Source of the DNA: Paecilomyces variotii | Lineage: Eukaryota | Assembly (NCBI GenBank): GCA_004022145.1 | Contig: RCNU01000007.1 | DNA length: 64,000 nucleotides | Reading direction: 5' to 3' (one strand) | Shown: positions 14,193 through 28,159 of the stretch, piece by piece | How positions within the stretch are numbered: position 1 is the stretch's first letter | Layout of the letters: each line of letters starts with the position of its first letter | Position numbers and translations under genes: made by a program | The notes under the pieces: generated by a model | The model's database searches: none | Seen by the model: the letters and a program-made list of their open reading frames with translations, nothing else | What the model was told of the DNA's origin: nothing

Positions 14193-15240
14193 AAGAAAGA
14201 AAGAAAGAACCAGTGGAAAAAAATGAAAATGGCATAAATATATCTATTCCTTCTCACTCGTCCTCTTTCTTCAAAAAACCGACATAACCACAAATTGATT
14301 GATTCTCGCGCTTTTTCTTTCTTCTTCTTCTTCTTCTATATTCCATCATCATCATCATCACCGTCCTGCATTTCACGAGAGAATTTGCAAAATACCCATT
14401 TCCAGTTTCAATGTGAATACCTTTTTCCTTCATCACCAACAGTCTAACTTGCGTAGTTAGTTCTCTTCTCTTCTCTTCTTATCTTGTCTTGTCTTGCCCT
14501 GCTTTGCTTTGACTTTGACTTTGACTTTAACCCACCGATCTGAAATATGCATGACGTTTAGGATACAAATGCCCTGTTTCCTTTTTTTTTTTCCCATTCT
14601 TTTTTTTCTCTTTTCGTGCCCTGTTCATTCATCATGTCATTTATGTATGTACGTACCGAAGTTACCCTAGTTTGTCGTTGTGGAAATTTGACATGGTCTC
14701 AATCCCGCTACAGGTAACCAACCCGTTTTCTCTTGTTCTCGTTATAAGTTTGTTTTCCTCGAGCCCCGCGGGTTCATGTGCTATGGAATGTATGTGTAGG
14801 GTAGGTACATAAGCAAAACAATGAGATGTGTTAACAGTGCTCTTTACGTATCGCAATGGTCAATCTACTAGTTGGAACTGGGAGAACGTAGGTGAGAAAA
14901 TTAAAAGGCTTTGATCCGCTAATACGAATCTAAAAAAGCCCTATGTCGATTATTATTGTCGACATGCCCAGAGATAGCTAGCTCTATTAATTTATATATA
15001 AGACAATAGAAGATCAGAATACCACGCTGTGCTGGTACAGGCAATAAAAAGCCCACGAGGGTATCGGATATATCCACCATCCAAATCCGTCACATAAACT
15101 CCAGCCAAGGGATGCCTAACCGGATGTTCCCGTGTCCCTGCCCCAAAAAAATGAAGCCCAAACCGGTGGGCAAGATGGAAGATTTAGAATATGCGCCAAA
15201 CTCGACAGAACGCCATCACATATGCAGGGACTAAAGTAGA

Positions 15241-17234
15241 TCATGAAGAAGGTTCATTGTCGCTACTCGCTTTTTCCTTCTCTTTCCCTTGTTTCAAGGC
15301 CTCAATGGCCTTCTTGACTTCGTGATTGGCGATGGTTTCCCATTTGACCTTGGCATCGTGGTCAAGCGATTCGACATCGCCAACACGGTCGTAGAGCATT
15401 CGAGAAATGGTTCGGTTGATGTCGGTGTATTCATCTTTGGATACCACCTTTCTGCGGTAGAAGGGTTTTAGAGCCCCGCCAACAAGCTTTTGGATGTCGG
15501 ACTTGACCTCTAAAGAGAGGCCGCCGCGTGTAGGGGAATTCTCGTTTGACCTTGCGGTTCCTGGACGAGACGACCTGCCTACGGTACTCGAGCCAAGTCT
15601 GCGTGCGCTTGGGCGACTCCGCTCGATCTCCACAGCATCATTGGTGTTTCCCTGAGTAGGAGAGACTGATGGAGAGAAATCAGCGTAGGATGGAGAGGTT
15701 ACCTCGACAGGTGAGGAAAGCTGGATAGGAGAGATAGGCCGTGCTCTGAGGTTGGGAGGAGGTGTCGATGAGGTGAGGTGGGGAGAAGAGCGATTCGAAG
15801 GTACAGGTGATAATGACGGTGATGATAGAGCGGGTGTATTAAGGTCCATAGGGGCGGTTGATGAGTGAACAGAAGGGCCATAGGAACTGCTGCGCTCAGG
15901 CCTTGAGGAATCTTCTACTTCTTTCAGAAGCGATTGCAGGAAGCTGGGTCCCGCGGTGGTCTCCGCGTTCAATCGGGCAGAGGCCTGTTCCCTTGCCGTC
16001 CTGGACGACTCGCCATTTTGCATGGCAAGAGCCGCTAGGTCTTCGGGTCTCCGCGTCCGCGGTCGTTTCAGTTTACGCTGCGGTTCAGTGGGTTCTGGTG
16101 AAGGCGATAAGGTAGGTTCTTTCCGTTTCCGTGACGCACTTGGGTCGTTTTCCAGTTCGCGCGCTCTCTCAAAGGCGTTCCACGCTCTCATCTCTTCCAG
16201 AGACTCAGGCTCAGGGGTTGGGGCCCTCGGGACTCTTGGCCGGGATGGTCTAGGTGCATCGATATCGAGAAGAGTTGCAGTGTCTCTAAAGCTCCGGGCG
16301 CCCCCCTGCCTTTCAGCCACTTGGAATCGACGTTGCCATGCTCGAAACTCTCGTTGGTTTGCTGCCTCCCGCCGCTGCTGCTGGATAACGCGATCCGCGG
16401 CCCGCTCATCGTCAAAAGGAAAGTCGAGGTCCAGGTTGAGACGGTCCCAGACAGACTGCCACACTCGAGCCCAGTGAAGGGAGTTGACCTGGTTCCGGCT
16501 CCTCACTCTCCTCTGTTGAGCTCGCGTGCGACGCTCCGGGCGGTTTCGTGCCCGCAGTGACCTAATGGGAGAATCGGCGACTGAGTTAACAGCTCGTTGC
16601 ATTTCACACTGCTCGCAATACCATGACCCTGAAGGCACGTCATCGAGTCCAGTGCAGTAGGTGTGGATCGGAACATCGCAGCCATCGCAGAGAAGGAGTA
16701 CCTCCTCATTGTCTGCATATCCGCAGATAGGACATGGTTGAGTGTCATCCTCATCGTCGATCTCTTCTATGATCATCGATGGATCGATTTCAGCGACCTG
16801 AACTTTGTCTTGTACGACGTAGGACGATAATACGGGGCCTGGGAAGGAGAGAAATATTAGCATCGGACTCAATCCCACAGAAGGATTTCCTTGTGAATCA
16901 CTAAGGAGAGGATGGACTACTCACCCCCGATCATATCAGTTAGCTCTACCACATTGAAGCTCTGGCGGCAAATGGGGCAGCTGTTCGCCCTTTCTACCCA
17001 GGGCTTGAGGCAGTTGTTGTGCAGGTTATGACCGCAGGGGATCAAATGAGCAATCCATCCCGAGTCTTCATCTTCGTTATCGATGGCCACCGGGGCTTTG
17101 CTATTGTTACGTGCAGTTCCTGGAGCTCCATCCTCGCCATCCTCAAGTCTTGGCGTCGACTCGGCGGCAACGGCAACAGGGTCGCTGGCGCTTTCGCCAA
17201 GGTCTCCTAAGCAAACAATACAGGTGTCCGACAT
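15241..17234 (-). CDS. RING + PHD finger protein (Asr1/PHRF1-like), 2 exons
   Basis: Split RING (CIVC...[25 protein letters not shown]), PHD (CPIC...[15 protein letters not shown]...WYCEQC) and C-terminal LKPFY...[10 protein letters not shown] domain. Confidence 0.88.
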
Positions 17235-17479
17235 CAGCCGCGGGATACGTGACCAAATTGTCTGCAAGAAGGCTAGTAGAAGGCATGAAGAGCAAGTTGG
17301 AGAAACAAGAGGCACTGATGGGAGTGAGTAGTAGGGAACAATGTGGGGAGAGAGCGCCTTTTGAAGGTGGACCAGCCCGGTCTAACGCGAAACAGATTGG
17401 CCGCCAACGTGACCGCCGCCAGCCAGTCACAGCGCGCGGCGGACGCTTGCACGAGAATGCAGGTAAAATAATCATAATA

Positions 17480-17519
17480 ATACCATCAGACTAATAATAC
17501 ACCATCAGACTAATAATAT
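17480..17519. repeat. Short tandem duplication (ACCATCAGACTAATAATA x2) upstream of the RING-PHD gene
   Basis: Direct reading. Confidence 0.8.
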
Positions 17520-18669
17520 TAATATTAAAACCAGTCACAATCTCATGCCTTGCGCACTAAGCACCGCTTAGTGCTACTCGGCCGCCTGCAAGGTGCTGGC
17601 TTCTGGCTCTGCGGCAGACTCACCCGGAGCGAGAGGGGAACTGAAAACCCCCTACCTAGCTCCTCCGGCAACCTCCCCAGCTATACCAAGTCCAGGAGAT
17701 GGGATGGATAGATCGACAGAGGAACACGGTCTACCTTCGAGACCTTCATTACCGTGAGAGTTCTTGGTGGTCTTGCAGTGCCGCCCGCACAAGCTGTAAT
17801 ACGCGATCGTATGTCTTGTCCAGCGGGATCCAGTCAGCTGGACGCCTGTCTCACTTTGAACTGGAAGCCTCTGATTCTCTGGTGGGTCAACACTGATTGT
17901 AGTAGTCTTCAGCTGATGGAGCCGAGCCCGTTGAGAGCAATGTTCATCCACAGCCTAGGTTATCAAAAGGCAGTGTTAAGAGGGTCTGAGACGATCTCGA
18001 TTCATATCTATCTGGTAGGCTTCGATCCGCGAGACCACAATCTCGATACGGAATAAGCGGTATGTCTGTAATAGCAGGTCCGACGGTCTCGATTTGGATC
18101 TCATCTATTTAATCACATTTTCTGGCCTGACAACGCAGAGGAAGCAATCTTGAAACATTAGCATAGCCGTGGATACTGACCATGAACCTTGTTCATGACC
18201 TAGGCGGTGTAAACCACCTGAGCTGTGGCCACCACGTGGAACCAGTGGCATCTGCTTCTCTGCTTTCTCTCTCGTGTCGCATCTTTGATATGCTATCAAC
18301 TGGCCGGCAGTCTGGATGCTCAAGTTATCTGGGAGTTCACGATGAGGGAGTTCGTTGTTATTATTGACGGAACTGCGGAGCCGCTTCTCGGAGGTCTTGG
18401 CAATGGCATATCACGTGAATACATCTCGGTTTCACGTGCATGATATCGTTTCGGATCATCGATGGTTACCTAAGTTATATCATCAGTCAAGAGTGCTAGA
18501 CGCCACCTAGGGACAAGGTAGCCTTTCATTTATTCAGGTAGAGTATCTTCCTGGATCTACACATCTATTTGAACCGGATTCATTGAAACACCCTTCGATT
18601 GCCATTGGTGATTCGCTACAACGTCACATGCGTTCTGCCTCCGTCTTGTCTCTGACTGGATTGTGAACG

Positions 18670-20131
18670 ATGGCTTCTGAAAACATGTTCGATTTCGTAC
18701 TTCTCGGCCCTACCGGGTATACGGGAAGACTGTGTGCAGAGCATATTGTGCAGCATCTGCCAACTGATATCAAATGGGCCCTGGCAGGCCGCTCGGCTGG
18801 GAAACTAGAAGCTGTGGCCAGGGAACTTCGAGATTTGAATCCAGACCGAATCCAACCTGGTAATTAAGACACGTACGAGGGCGCATTAATAGCATATGCT
18901 GACAGGAACAAGAGATATTGACCGTTCAGCTCGTCGAGACAGAGTTGAGACCCTTGGCACAGAAGACACGGCTGATCATCAATTGCGTTGGCCCGTATCA
19001 TCTGTACTCGACTCCTGTGGTGCAAGTCTGTGCTGAAACCGGTACTCATTATGTGGATGTGTAAGGAATCTGCAGGCAGTTGAAATCTCACGTAACTAAA
19101 TCTGAAAAGTACTGGAGAAACGCCATGGATCCGACAGCTCATTCCAAAGTACCACGAACCAGCAAGGTTGAATGGTGCCATTGTTCGTCGATCCCATTTA
19201 TTCTGGTACTTTCAAACATTATCCTACTCACAATATCTCAGATTATCCCATCACTGGGCATTGAGAGTACGCCTCCCGATATTCTCACCTGGTCTCTAGT
19301 GAAGACCATTCGAGAACAGCTATCCACAGGAACAAAGGAAGCCATTTCTTGCGTCCATGAAGTCAAGTATGAACGATTATGCAAACCCTGCACAAGTTCC
19401 CGCTCTAATATCTCCGCCACAGGAGCTCCGGCCCTAGCGGTGGCACTCTTGCTACAATCCTCACCACCCTCGAGACAACCAACATCACGGATCTCATCAA
19501 GTCGGCGGACCCCTTCGCACTAGCTGCTTCCGAACCACCAAAACAAACACCTAGACGCTCATTATCAGAGCTAGTGTCGGGAGTCACCTCCGTCTCAGAC
19601 CTAGGAACTCTAACCACATCTCCGTCCGGCATGGCCGATACAGCCATCGTGCACCGCAGCAGCACACTGATGCGCGAATTCTACGGCCCACGATTCTACT
19701 TCCGACACTACGCACACGTCAGAAATGCATTCGTGGGCGTCGTCTTCCACTACGCCTTCCTGGTCGGGATAGTACTCCTTACCCTCTCTCCGGTCCGATG
19801 GCTCGTGAGCAAATTCGTCTACGCTCCGGGTCAAGGTCCCCGCAAAGAAGACTGCGCCAGGGACATGGTCGAGTACCGAGCTGTTGCCATACCTGATGTA
19901 GATACGCCCAAGCCGAAGCGTGCGTTGGGTCGACTGATCTACAATGGCGATATGTATACTCTCACGGCTGTTTTTCTGGCCGAGGCAGCTATGGTGATCT
20001 TGTATCATGAAGCGAAGATCAAGAAGGTTTCTCGTGGTGGAATGGTCACCCCGGCTACTTTGGGTCAGGAGTTTGTGGATCGACTTGATAAAGTCGGATG
20101 TCATATTGAGACTAGACTCGTTGACAACTGA
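18670..20131 (+). CDS. Saccharopine dehydrogenase-like (SCCPDH) NAD(P)-binding oxidoreductase, multi-exon
   Basis: LLGPTGYTG Rossmann motif, WALAGRS, INCVGPY, HYVD and C-terminal GGMVTPATLG. Confidence 0.85.
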
Positions 20132-20313
20132 GCTGATATTGTACGTACGTACGTACTATACATGGTTAGTCAGTTAGACTTACGTATAACTACTTAGAGG
20201 TCTCCTCAGCTAGAAGACACATAATATAATATCATCTCTCATCCCTTCGAGTATCACAGCTAATTAAACCCCCGTCAAGAAAATTCGCTGGTCCAGAACA
20301 GATCTTCACCTAC

Positions 20314-20824
20314 CTACAACTTCCCACCCCCCAACGCAGGCACAGAGAAAACCACATCCTTAAACCACATTTCCAAAATCGCATTAACCTCACCCGGCTT
20401 CTCCCACAACGCCCAATGTGAAGTATCAACCTGCTCAACAATCAAGTTGGGAACGAACTTGCCCATTCCCTGACCCATATGGGGCGGCAAGGCAGTATCT
20501 CTAAGGGCCTGGATCATGAGGACTGGGATGTCGATCTGCGGGTTGGAGATGGAGAGTTCATCTTTGTAGTTCACGTCGCGGGTGCGGTACCAGTTTACTG
20601 TTGTTGAAGGATTTAGCGAGGGAATGGAAGGACGGGTTCATTTCAAAATAAAAATAGAAATCTGCGAATTGGAAATATTATATGGTAAGGGGAGAAAAGG
20701 AAAGGAAGAAAAGGAAAGGAAGAAAACTCGAAACTCACAAGGTCCATGGATTCCATTCCTTGAAAACTCATCCACGTAATAATTCAATTCCTTACGCACA
20801 TAGTTAGCAAAACTCAACATATCC

Positions 20825-20860
<36 letters not shown>

Positions 20861-22100
20861 AGCAAAGACCCTTCACTAGCACCGCGTATACATCCACATA
20901 TACATACCTCATCCTCAAGCAACTTCGACGAACCCAACCTCCCCAACCTATCAAACAAGATTCCCTTCTCCGTACTAAATCCCCACTGTCCATCCTCTGT
21001 CCTACCCCCATACAGCGCGAGGAGGAACTGCTTGATTTCTTCCTTGGTCTTGACTGCTTTTTCGACCTCTCCGCTCTTGAATTGGAGCTGGTAGGCGAAA
21101 TTCGGGAGACGGGTCCGCACGAGGTCTTCGTGGGAGATGTATTGTGGCATTGGAGGGATGTAGGGCACGCAGACGGCGAAGAGGTGCGTGACTAGGTCGC
21201 GGTGGTATAGGGCGATGCGGTAGACGAGTGCGGCGCCCCTGTGGAGAGTGTAAGTGTGAGTTGTTATCCTTTTCTCTCTTTCTTTCTTATTTTGTGTGTG
21301 TGTGTGTGTGTGTGTCTGTATGTGTGTATGTAAGGTAGGGAAAAAGCAATGATCAATATAAGAGAAAGGAGTTTGAGAACGATAGCTCCTGGAAATATAG
21401 CTAAGCAGATTGTATGTATGTAGCAAACATACCAATCATGTCCACCAAGGATTATCTTCTCTGATCCCAACTGCTTCGCTAGCTCCTTGATATCGTCTGC
21501 GAGCTTTCTAAATCCATAGAGTCGTTCATTCTCTGGTGTCCATTGCGGGGCATCCTGGTAAAAAAAGAATGGCGAAAAAGAGTTAATAAATCTCATCCCG
21601 TCTTCATGTTATGCATATATTTGTGCAAGGAAAATGCTTTTTTTTAGAAAGAAGGGAATCATACAGTCCGTCCGTATCCCAAACAGTCAGGAACGACGAC
21701 TCGCAGACCAAAGGAGATCAGGAGTGGGATTTGATATCGCCATCCCATCGATAGGTCAGGGAAGCCATGGAGCTGTGAGTACACTGTCAGCTACGAAGGA
21801 ATGACTCTTGGTTCCAGACATTCTTGGGTCCATATAACATCCAGAAAGAACGACAGTGACGAACCAGAAAGATGGTGTCCTTATACTGGCCATTTTCAGG
21901 CTGAGCGAGGAGATATCCTGGTGTAGTCAGTTAACGACCATACGTGAGGCAGCATTTTGTATATTATCTGCGCGCAAATACGAAACATGAGTTCTAGCAA
22001 AAGGAGATTATTGGCGCATACCGTATGTCTTGCCATTGACTTGCGCCGTGAGACGCTGGACCCTCGGGTCATTGTGGACGTTGATCTTATCGATAGCCAT
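20314..22100 (-). CDS. Soluble epoxide hydrolase (alpha/beta hydrolase), many introns
   Basis: HGFPD oxyanion motif (about 21755-21770), DCLGYG, GGHDW|G nucleophile elbow, NWYR, and SHW catalytic His near the C terminus. Confidence 0.9.
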
Positions 22101-22704
22101 TCTAAATAGACCCCTCTTTTCTCGTTCGATCAGAAAACCTGGTGGGGAAGAATTGAAGGAGAGACCACTGATTATTCTGACAAGAGTCTATGTCGAGATA
22201 TCATGCAACTTATATGCCTTGTCTTACGTTACATTGTGCTTGGGTAATCTCGACTTTTGCCTAGGTAAATCGCAAGCTCACTACTACTAACTAAACGGAA
22301 CTCCACCTTTCGGATTCGCTAGAACAGGGATGCCCTGCGAACTGCCGTTTTGGATCATGTGACGAGACAGAACAGGGACATTAATTAAGTATATACTATG
22401 ATTAGGTACCAGTAATGATATTTTACATATCTTGAACCGGGATTATAGGGTGCTGGTATGTTCGAGATGACATAGCTTTTTTTTTCTGTTTCTGGTTTCA
22501 CTTGAGCGTTGCTTTTTCATGTCTGCATGAATCCTTCGCCACGAAAAGATAATGATGAACCGGAAGCGAAGATGTCGCGTAAAAGTGCCGTACTCGTCAG
22601 ATTCTCGTACGGAAATGAACTTGGTACAATCCTTGGCCTAGCAGAACCCTGCTGGGCGGTTGGGGTATATTAGAAAAAGGAAAAAAGGACCGTACTGCGT
22701 GCGC

Positions 22705-23855
22705 CTAGTAAATAACCGTATCCTCCTTATCTTCCTCCACAACCTCACCTCCATCGTCCTCATGTCCTCTGGGAGGCTCTGGGGCAGGGGCCGATTCTGG
22801 GGCTGGAGCCTCCTCGGTGGAAGGGGGGTTGTCATTAGTAGGGGCAGTATCAGTCTTCGATTGTTGGACAGTTGCGTCCTGGTTAGTATCAGAACCCACC
22901 GTGTCGGGTGCAGGCGCTCCTGCTTCATCAGGCTCTTTGAGTTCTTTCTCCTCAGTATGCTCGGGCTGTTTTTCTCCTTCCTTTTCTGGCTTCTCGCCTT
23001 CGGGTTTGCGGTCTTCCTCTACTGGCGGGTATCGATCGTTGAACTCTGCTTCTTCCCTTGCAATCGTAGCTTTGGCTTCCTCGATCTGTCTATCTATGGT
23101 TTCCTCGTCTTCCTGTCGTAGCAGCCATGGCTTGTAGTACTATATTCGTACGGCAGTTAGCAGTGAGCCAGACAACTATACACTGGACTCAGACATACCA
23201 GTACAGGTTCCGTTTTCGTTTTCAGGAAATGTGCCATAGCCAACATATTCGAGTGACGAAGCCGCATCTGCGAAGATACTGCATCAGTATAGTTCCACAT
23301 ATCTACAATCTTCACATGTGCAGAAGATGGCCAACTTACCGATTCCCTGTCATAGACCCTCTGCTCCTTTCTCCGTATCTGCGTCAACTCTTCGTGCTTC
23401 TTCCGCTTTTGCTCGCCGTACTCTTCATCCTGCAGCTTCAGCTTGTCCTGCTGCCTCTTCTCAATATCCGCGCGTCGCTTCTGCGCCGCTGTGGATGAGC
23501 TTTGTGACAAGGTGCCCAGCAATGCGCCGAATAATCTCTGCCCACGCTTGCGCTCTTCAGCTCCGCTGTTCTGACGACCCTGTCGGCGTTCCGGTCTGCG
23601 CTCCGCCGCTGGAGGAGACGACCGCCGTCGGTCCTGGGGAGATCGGGAGGCGTCATCTTGGCCACTCAGTCGGCGTCTTTTCGAGTCGGTCTCTGAGGTT
23701 GATGACTGTCTTCGTTTCAGCCCGCTCTCTGGAGATGTCGCAGCATTGTCCGGCTCGGGCAACGCAACTGCGGATGCGATAGACCTGGGAGGCGGGATTA
23801 GCTTGCTTTTGCTTGGGCAGCGGAGTGATGATCAAAACACGTACCCTTCTGCCAT
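22705..23855 (-). CDS. Pinin/SDK/memA-domain splicing-associated protein
   Basis: EERKRGQRLFGALLGTLSQ, HFLKTKTEPVL|YYKPW and C-terminal EEDKEDTVIY. Short first exon ATGGCAGAAGG followed by GTACGT donor. Confidence 0.85.
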
Positions 23856-24245
23856 TTTGATTGGGCTGCCCAGCTGGCACAGCAGAAAAGGCAATAGAAA
23901 AAGACAGAGATGTGACAGCGTTCGAAGGAGAGATGCCACGGACACTACTTAGAGTCGGCGTTGCTCGAGATCTCAGTATGCGCTGCGGGTGGCGCACGGA
24001 CCACATGACCGGATTATCTGAACGCCAGAGAGGGAAACCTTTCCAGCTTCTTCGATCGAAGCTTCCTCGTCGACTTTCGTCCTGGACCACCAACCTTTGA
24101 CTCCCTTCACATAAATCGAGACGGCCTGCCTTTTCTTGTCATTTCTTTCTGCATTGCGATACTCAACTGTGCTGCTGTCCATACCCTCATTCGTGAAATA
24201 CGCGTCTCGAAGATCTCACTACTCTAATCTCGTCTCATCGCAACC

Positions 24246-24572
24246 ATGTCCCGCCACCACCCCGATCTCGTTATGTGCCGCAAGCAGCCCGGTATTTCCA
24301 TCGGGAGACTCTGCGATAAATGCGATGGCAAATGCCCCGTGTGCGATTCCTACGTGCGTCCAACGACTCTCGTGCGCATCTGCGACGAGTGTTCCTTCGG
24401 TAACTACCAGAACAAGTGCATCGTGTGCGGTGGCGAAGGGATCAGTGATGCCTTTTACTGCTTCGAATGCACGCGATTGGAAAAAGATAGGGATGGATGT
24501 CCTAAGATCATCAACCTGGGAAGTTCGAGGACGGATCTATTCTACCAGAAAAAGAATTTTCGGAATCAGTGA
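24246..24572 (+). CDS. RDS3: SF3b subunit PHF5A/Rds3/Ini1 (triquetra zinc knot), intronless
   Basis: [39 protein letters not shown]...[14 protein letters not shown], the highly conserved PHF5 sequence. Confidence 0.97.
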   Translation: MSRHHPDLVMCRKQPGISIGRLCDKCDGKCPVCDSYVRPTTLVRICDECSFGNYQNKCIVCGGEGISDAFYCFECTRLEKDRDGCPKIINLGSSRTDLFYQKKNFRNQ

Positions 24573-24818
24573 TGGACGACGTCGCGTCTGCTGTCAAGAT
24601 GGGAGAAGATGGCCTGCTGTCCTGCCTGCTGTCCTGTCTAGCAGTGCTGGTGCGTTGAGGGACTGCATAACAGGTGCCTAGAGTCTATATACCGCAAGAC
24701 GTCGGCTTTGGGTGCTCCGATCTCAAAGGATATACAATAAAAGATGACAATCTATGGGATATGTCGTGTATCTTACTAAACGACAAGGCATTCTCTACCA
24801 GGCGTCTGACCCGGGAAT

Positions 24819-26213
24819 TCACCTGCCGGGGCGTCTAGGTCTGGCGAAACCTCTCCTTGGACCGTCGTCCTGTGGAGGATGGACCTCTTCGTGAAGTCTG
24901 GCTTCGGTGATCTCGTCTGGAGAAGATCCCTCGATCTGTGAACGGAAAACTGTCAGTCCAGAGACAGCATTTACAATAAAAATCGCTCATATACGAGTCA
25001 TACCTTCTTCGCCACGTTCAAACCTTCCGCCTCCGCTATGTCGATAGCCACTCTCCGAGTGCTGGCATACAACATGCGTTCCTTGATGGATGAACCCGAA
25101 GGGCAGGTGTAGATGAAGATGATGGCATCGGAGTCGGGGTAGTGATAGAGGGTGTACCGCGGCGAAGACTCGGGCAAGCGTCCGGACAGGGAAGCAGGAG
25201 AGACGCTGGAGTCTGAGTCCGCGAGCTTGATGGTCTCCGTGGGAATGTCAATAGCCTGTATTGCAAGATTAGTTATCATCCAAAATGCAAGATACCCCTC
25301 TGTTCGCAAGGCATAATCAATTCCGCTGATCTCAGCGTAGACAACCCCCAACACATACCAGCTGCACCATTCCACCCTGCTGTAGACTCTTCAACGCAGC
25401 CTTGGCTTCCTCATCAACCGGCATCTTCACATTCATCCCTCCCGTTGCCCCTCCACCACTCGCAGCCAGCGAGCCACCAATACCAACATCCCTCCCGATC
25501 GTACCATGTCTCGCCTCCTCCTCTGCTCTCCGCACAGCTTCCAACTCCCTCTCCTTCTCATCCATCAAATCCTCCCTCCTAAACCTCCCATTACCACCAT
25601 TACTCTTCCCGCTCTTCTCCGCATCCCTCTCCCTCCACGCCTCCTCACCAATAACCTCCTCCTCATCCGTCGCGAAAATCGACTCGGAAAACTTCTCACT
25701 ACCCAACTCCCTCACGAACGTCGCTCTCGTCGACGCAAATAGCGTCTTTGCGCGCACACCCGCATTCGACGGGATATACGTCAGGGCCGCTAAACTCGCG
25801 CCCTCGCCCTCACCTTCAGTGTCCGGACGGCGGAAAATCAAATATAGAGGGGTCTTGGGCTGGAGGACGGACGAGAGCTGTGGGAGGGATGGATAGAACG
25901 CGTTTGGGGATGAGAAGGGGATTGCGGGGAGAGGGGTCAGGCTCTCGGATGTGATTGTGATAGGGAGGCAGAAGAGAGAGGAGTCGGATGTGAATGCGTT
26001 GAATGCATCGTGGAGTTCGGATGAGACTGTTTGATTTTTGTTTTGTTGGTTAGTGAGATGTTGGTTTGTTTTGTTTTGTTAAATGTAGGTAGGTGGTTCT
26101 TGGGCAAGTAGCCAGCTGGTTACTAAATACGGGGGGGAGCAATGGGTAGTTATGCAGAGAGTTGAATATTATAGAATGAATGAATGGAACGTACCTGCGA
26201 TTCCCGACTGCAT
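24819..26213 (-). CDS. Twinfilin-like actin monomer-binding protein (two ADF-H domains)
   Basis: MQSGI start exon; VRAKTLFASTRATFVRELG; SIKERMLYAST; C-terminal GFARPRRPGR tail. Confidence 0.85.
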
Positions 26214-26993
26214 GGTGAGTTTGAGATGGTTGTGCAACGGGGTAAAAAAAAAACAAAAAGGAAAAAAAAGATGGTCGTTGTGTTGTCCTCGTGTTGACGG
26301 GGATAGAGATGGATGGCGGTCAGGAACAACTGGCGATCTCTCGGAGGGGGAAGAAAGTCAGTCGGAGAGTTTGGCGGGGGCAGATTGACTTCCCCCACGT
26401 TTCAGACCGTGGCCTATGAAATGGGACGAGGCCAACTCATGTTCAATGTCGATATACCACCGATAGTAAGGGCAGAAATAAGAGTAGATAAATGCATTAT
26501 GTTGAAATTCAATACGGTCTGTTTCTATTCATCGTAATCCCGTTTTGTGATTTCCTACTGCGGTTTTTACGAGTTCTGTAAGTAATTATTGGGTCTATCT
26601 ACTGAATGCATGACGACAAGCCCGGCGGAAGGTCGGAATTTCCCCCGCATAGAAAACGAAGACGGCCAGTCTTTTTGAAATAGCTCAATTCATCTTTTGA
26701 TCGATACCTGACATGGTATAAAAAATTCCAAAAAAAGAGAAAAAACTTCGATGCATATATATACAGATATAAAAAAAAAAGGATGTTTAATGTACTCCCA
26801 GTCATCAACCAAATCAATCGACGTTCTTGTCTGTATCCAGACCCGTGTCTTAACAAGTATCCCCGGCAAGTCGGGGTAAATGTGACGATGATGCAATGGA
26901 GACGCCACCATGCTTTTGTGGTATCAAACGCTCCCAACACATACTCAAGAGACCAGAGAGACCCACGGAAATCGTAACTTGAACCAAAAAGAT

Positions 26994-28159
26994 TTACTCT
27001 TCGAACTTGCCTCCGCCAACGATGCTGTACTTGGACTTCTCAAGCTTCTCCTTCAGGAACTCGTACACGGTGAAGGTCACGGCCTGACCGGGAGCGACAC
27101 GCATCACACGAGGCGTGATACCCTTGTAGAAAGCGCGAGCACCCTCCTGCTTGAACATCTCGGAAGCGATGGCAGTGATACGGGACAGGGCAGACTGGCC
27201 GGGCTCGGCCTTGGTCTTCTGCAGACGGGTCTTGATCGTGTCAATAGGAGCGTTCGAGAAGGGACCCATAGCACCGGAGATGAGACCGATCAGGGTGGTC
27301 TGGTACGAGGGCAGCTGCTTGTCGGCGAACTCAGGCTGGGCTCTCTGGAGGAAAGCCTTCAGTTCCGTGTAGGCAGTGAAGTTGGCGGCCTGGTTGGTAC
27401 CCTGGCGCAGGGCAGTCAGGGAGACACCACGGTAGAGAGTGCTGAATCCTTCTTCCCGGATAACGGTGAACAGAGCGTGAGGGGCACTTCGGTACTTCGG
27501 GGCATCGAGGGGGTCGGCGAGAGAGTGGTGCTGAGCTTGTAGACGGATCTTAACGACCTCCATGGGGTTCACAACGGCGACGGCCTCGGTCACACCAGCA
27601 GCGAGACCAGCTGAAAATCAAGCGGTCAGCCCCAGATCTCACAATCATGCCAGGTCCTGTGTACACAGGGAATACATACCAAGGAAGGTAGCCTTGCTAG
27701 TGACGACACCAGTCTCCTTGTCCGCTAGGAGCTGCTTGTACCACTCATACGAGGTGAATCGAATAGCCATCTTAGGAATGATACCACCCAACACAGCTCC
27801 AAGACCCTTGTACAGACCCAGGGCAGTCTCCTTCTTGACGATCTCAACACCAGTGGCGACGAAACCACGGGGTTTCACCTGAAAGGAACAGTCAGTTACC
27901 GCACGGGGTCTGGCTTTCGGACGGAGCAATCACTTACACCAGGCGCTCTGGCTCGTCGGGAAAGCTGCATTCGGACCTTGATTGTGTCCAGGGGGTGGCA
28001 GACGAGGGCCTCCATCATACCAGCACCTCCTCCAGCTACTCATAGTTAGCGACTAACAAGATCAGATAGTCCACGTTCGTTGGAAACCATACCGATCAAG
28101 TTGGTGGCGGCCGAGGCAGGCTTCTTGCCGCCGGGGCCCTGTGCAGTCTTTGCGGACAT
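26994..28159 (-). CDS. SFC1: Mitochondrial succinate/fumarate carrier (Sfc1/Acr1/AcuL)
   Basis: Three carrier repeats (HPLDTIKVRMQL, NPMEVVKIRLQAQ, APIDTIKTRLQK) with subfamily motifs GIIPKMAIRF, RQGTNQAANF and RVMRVAPGQA. Confidence 0.92.
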
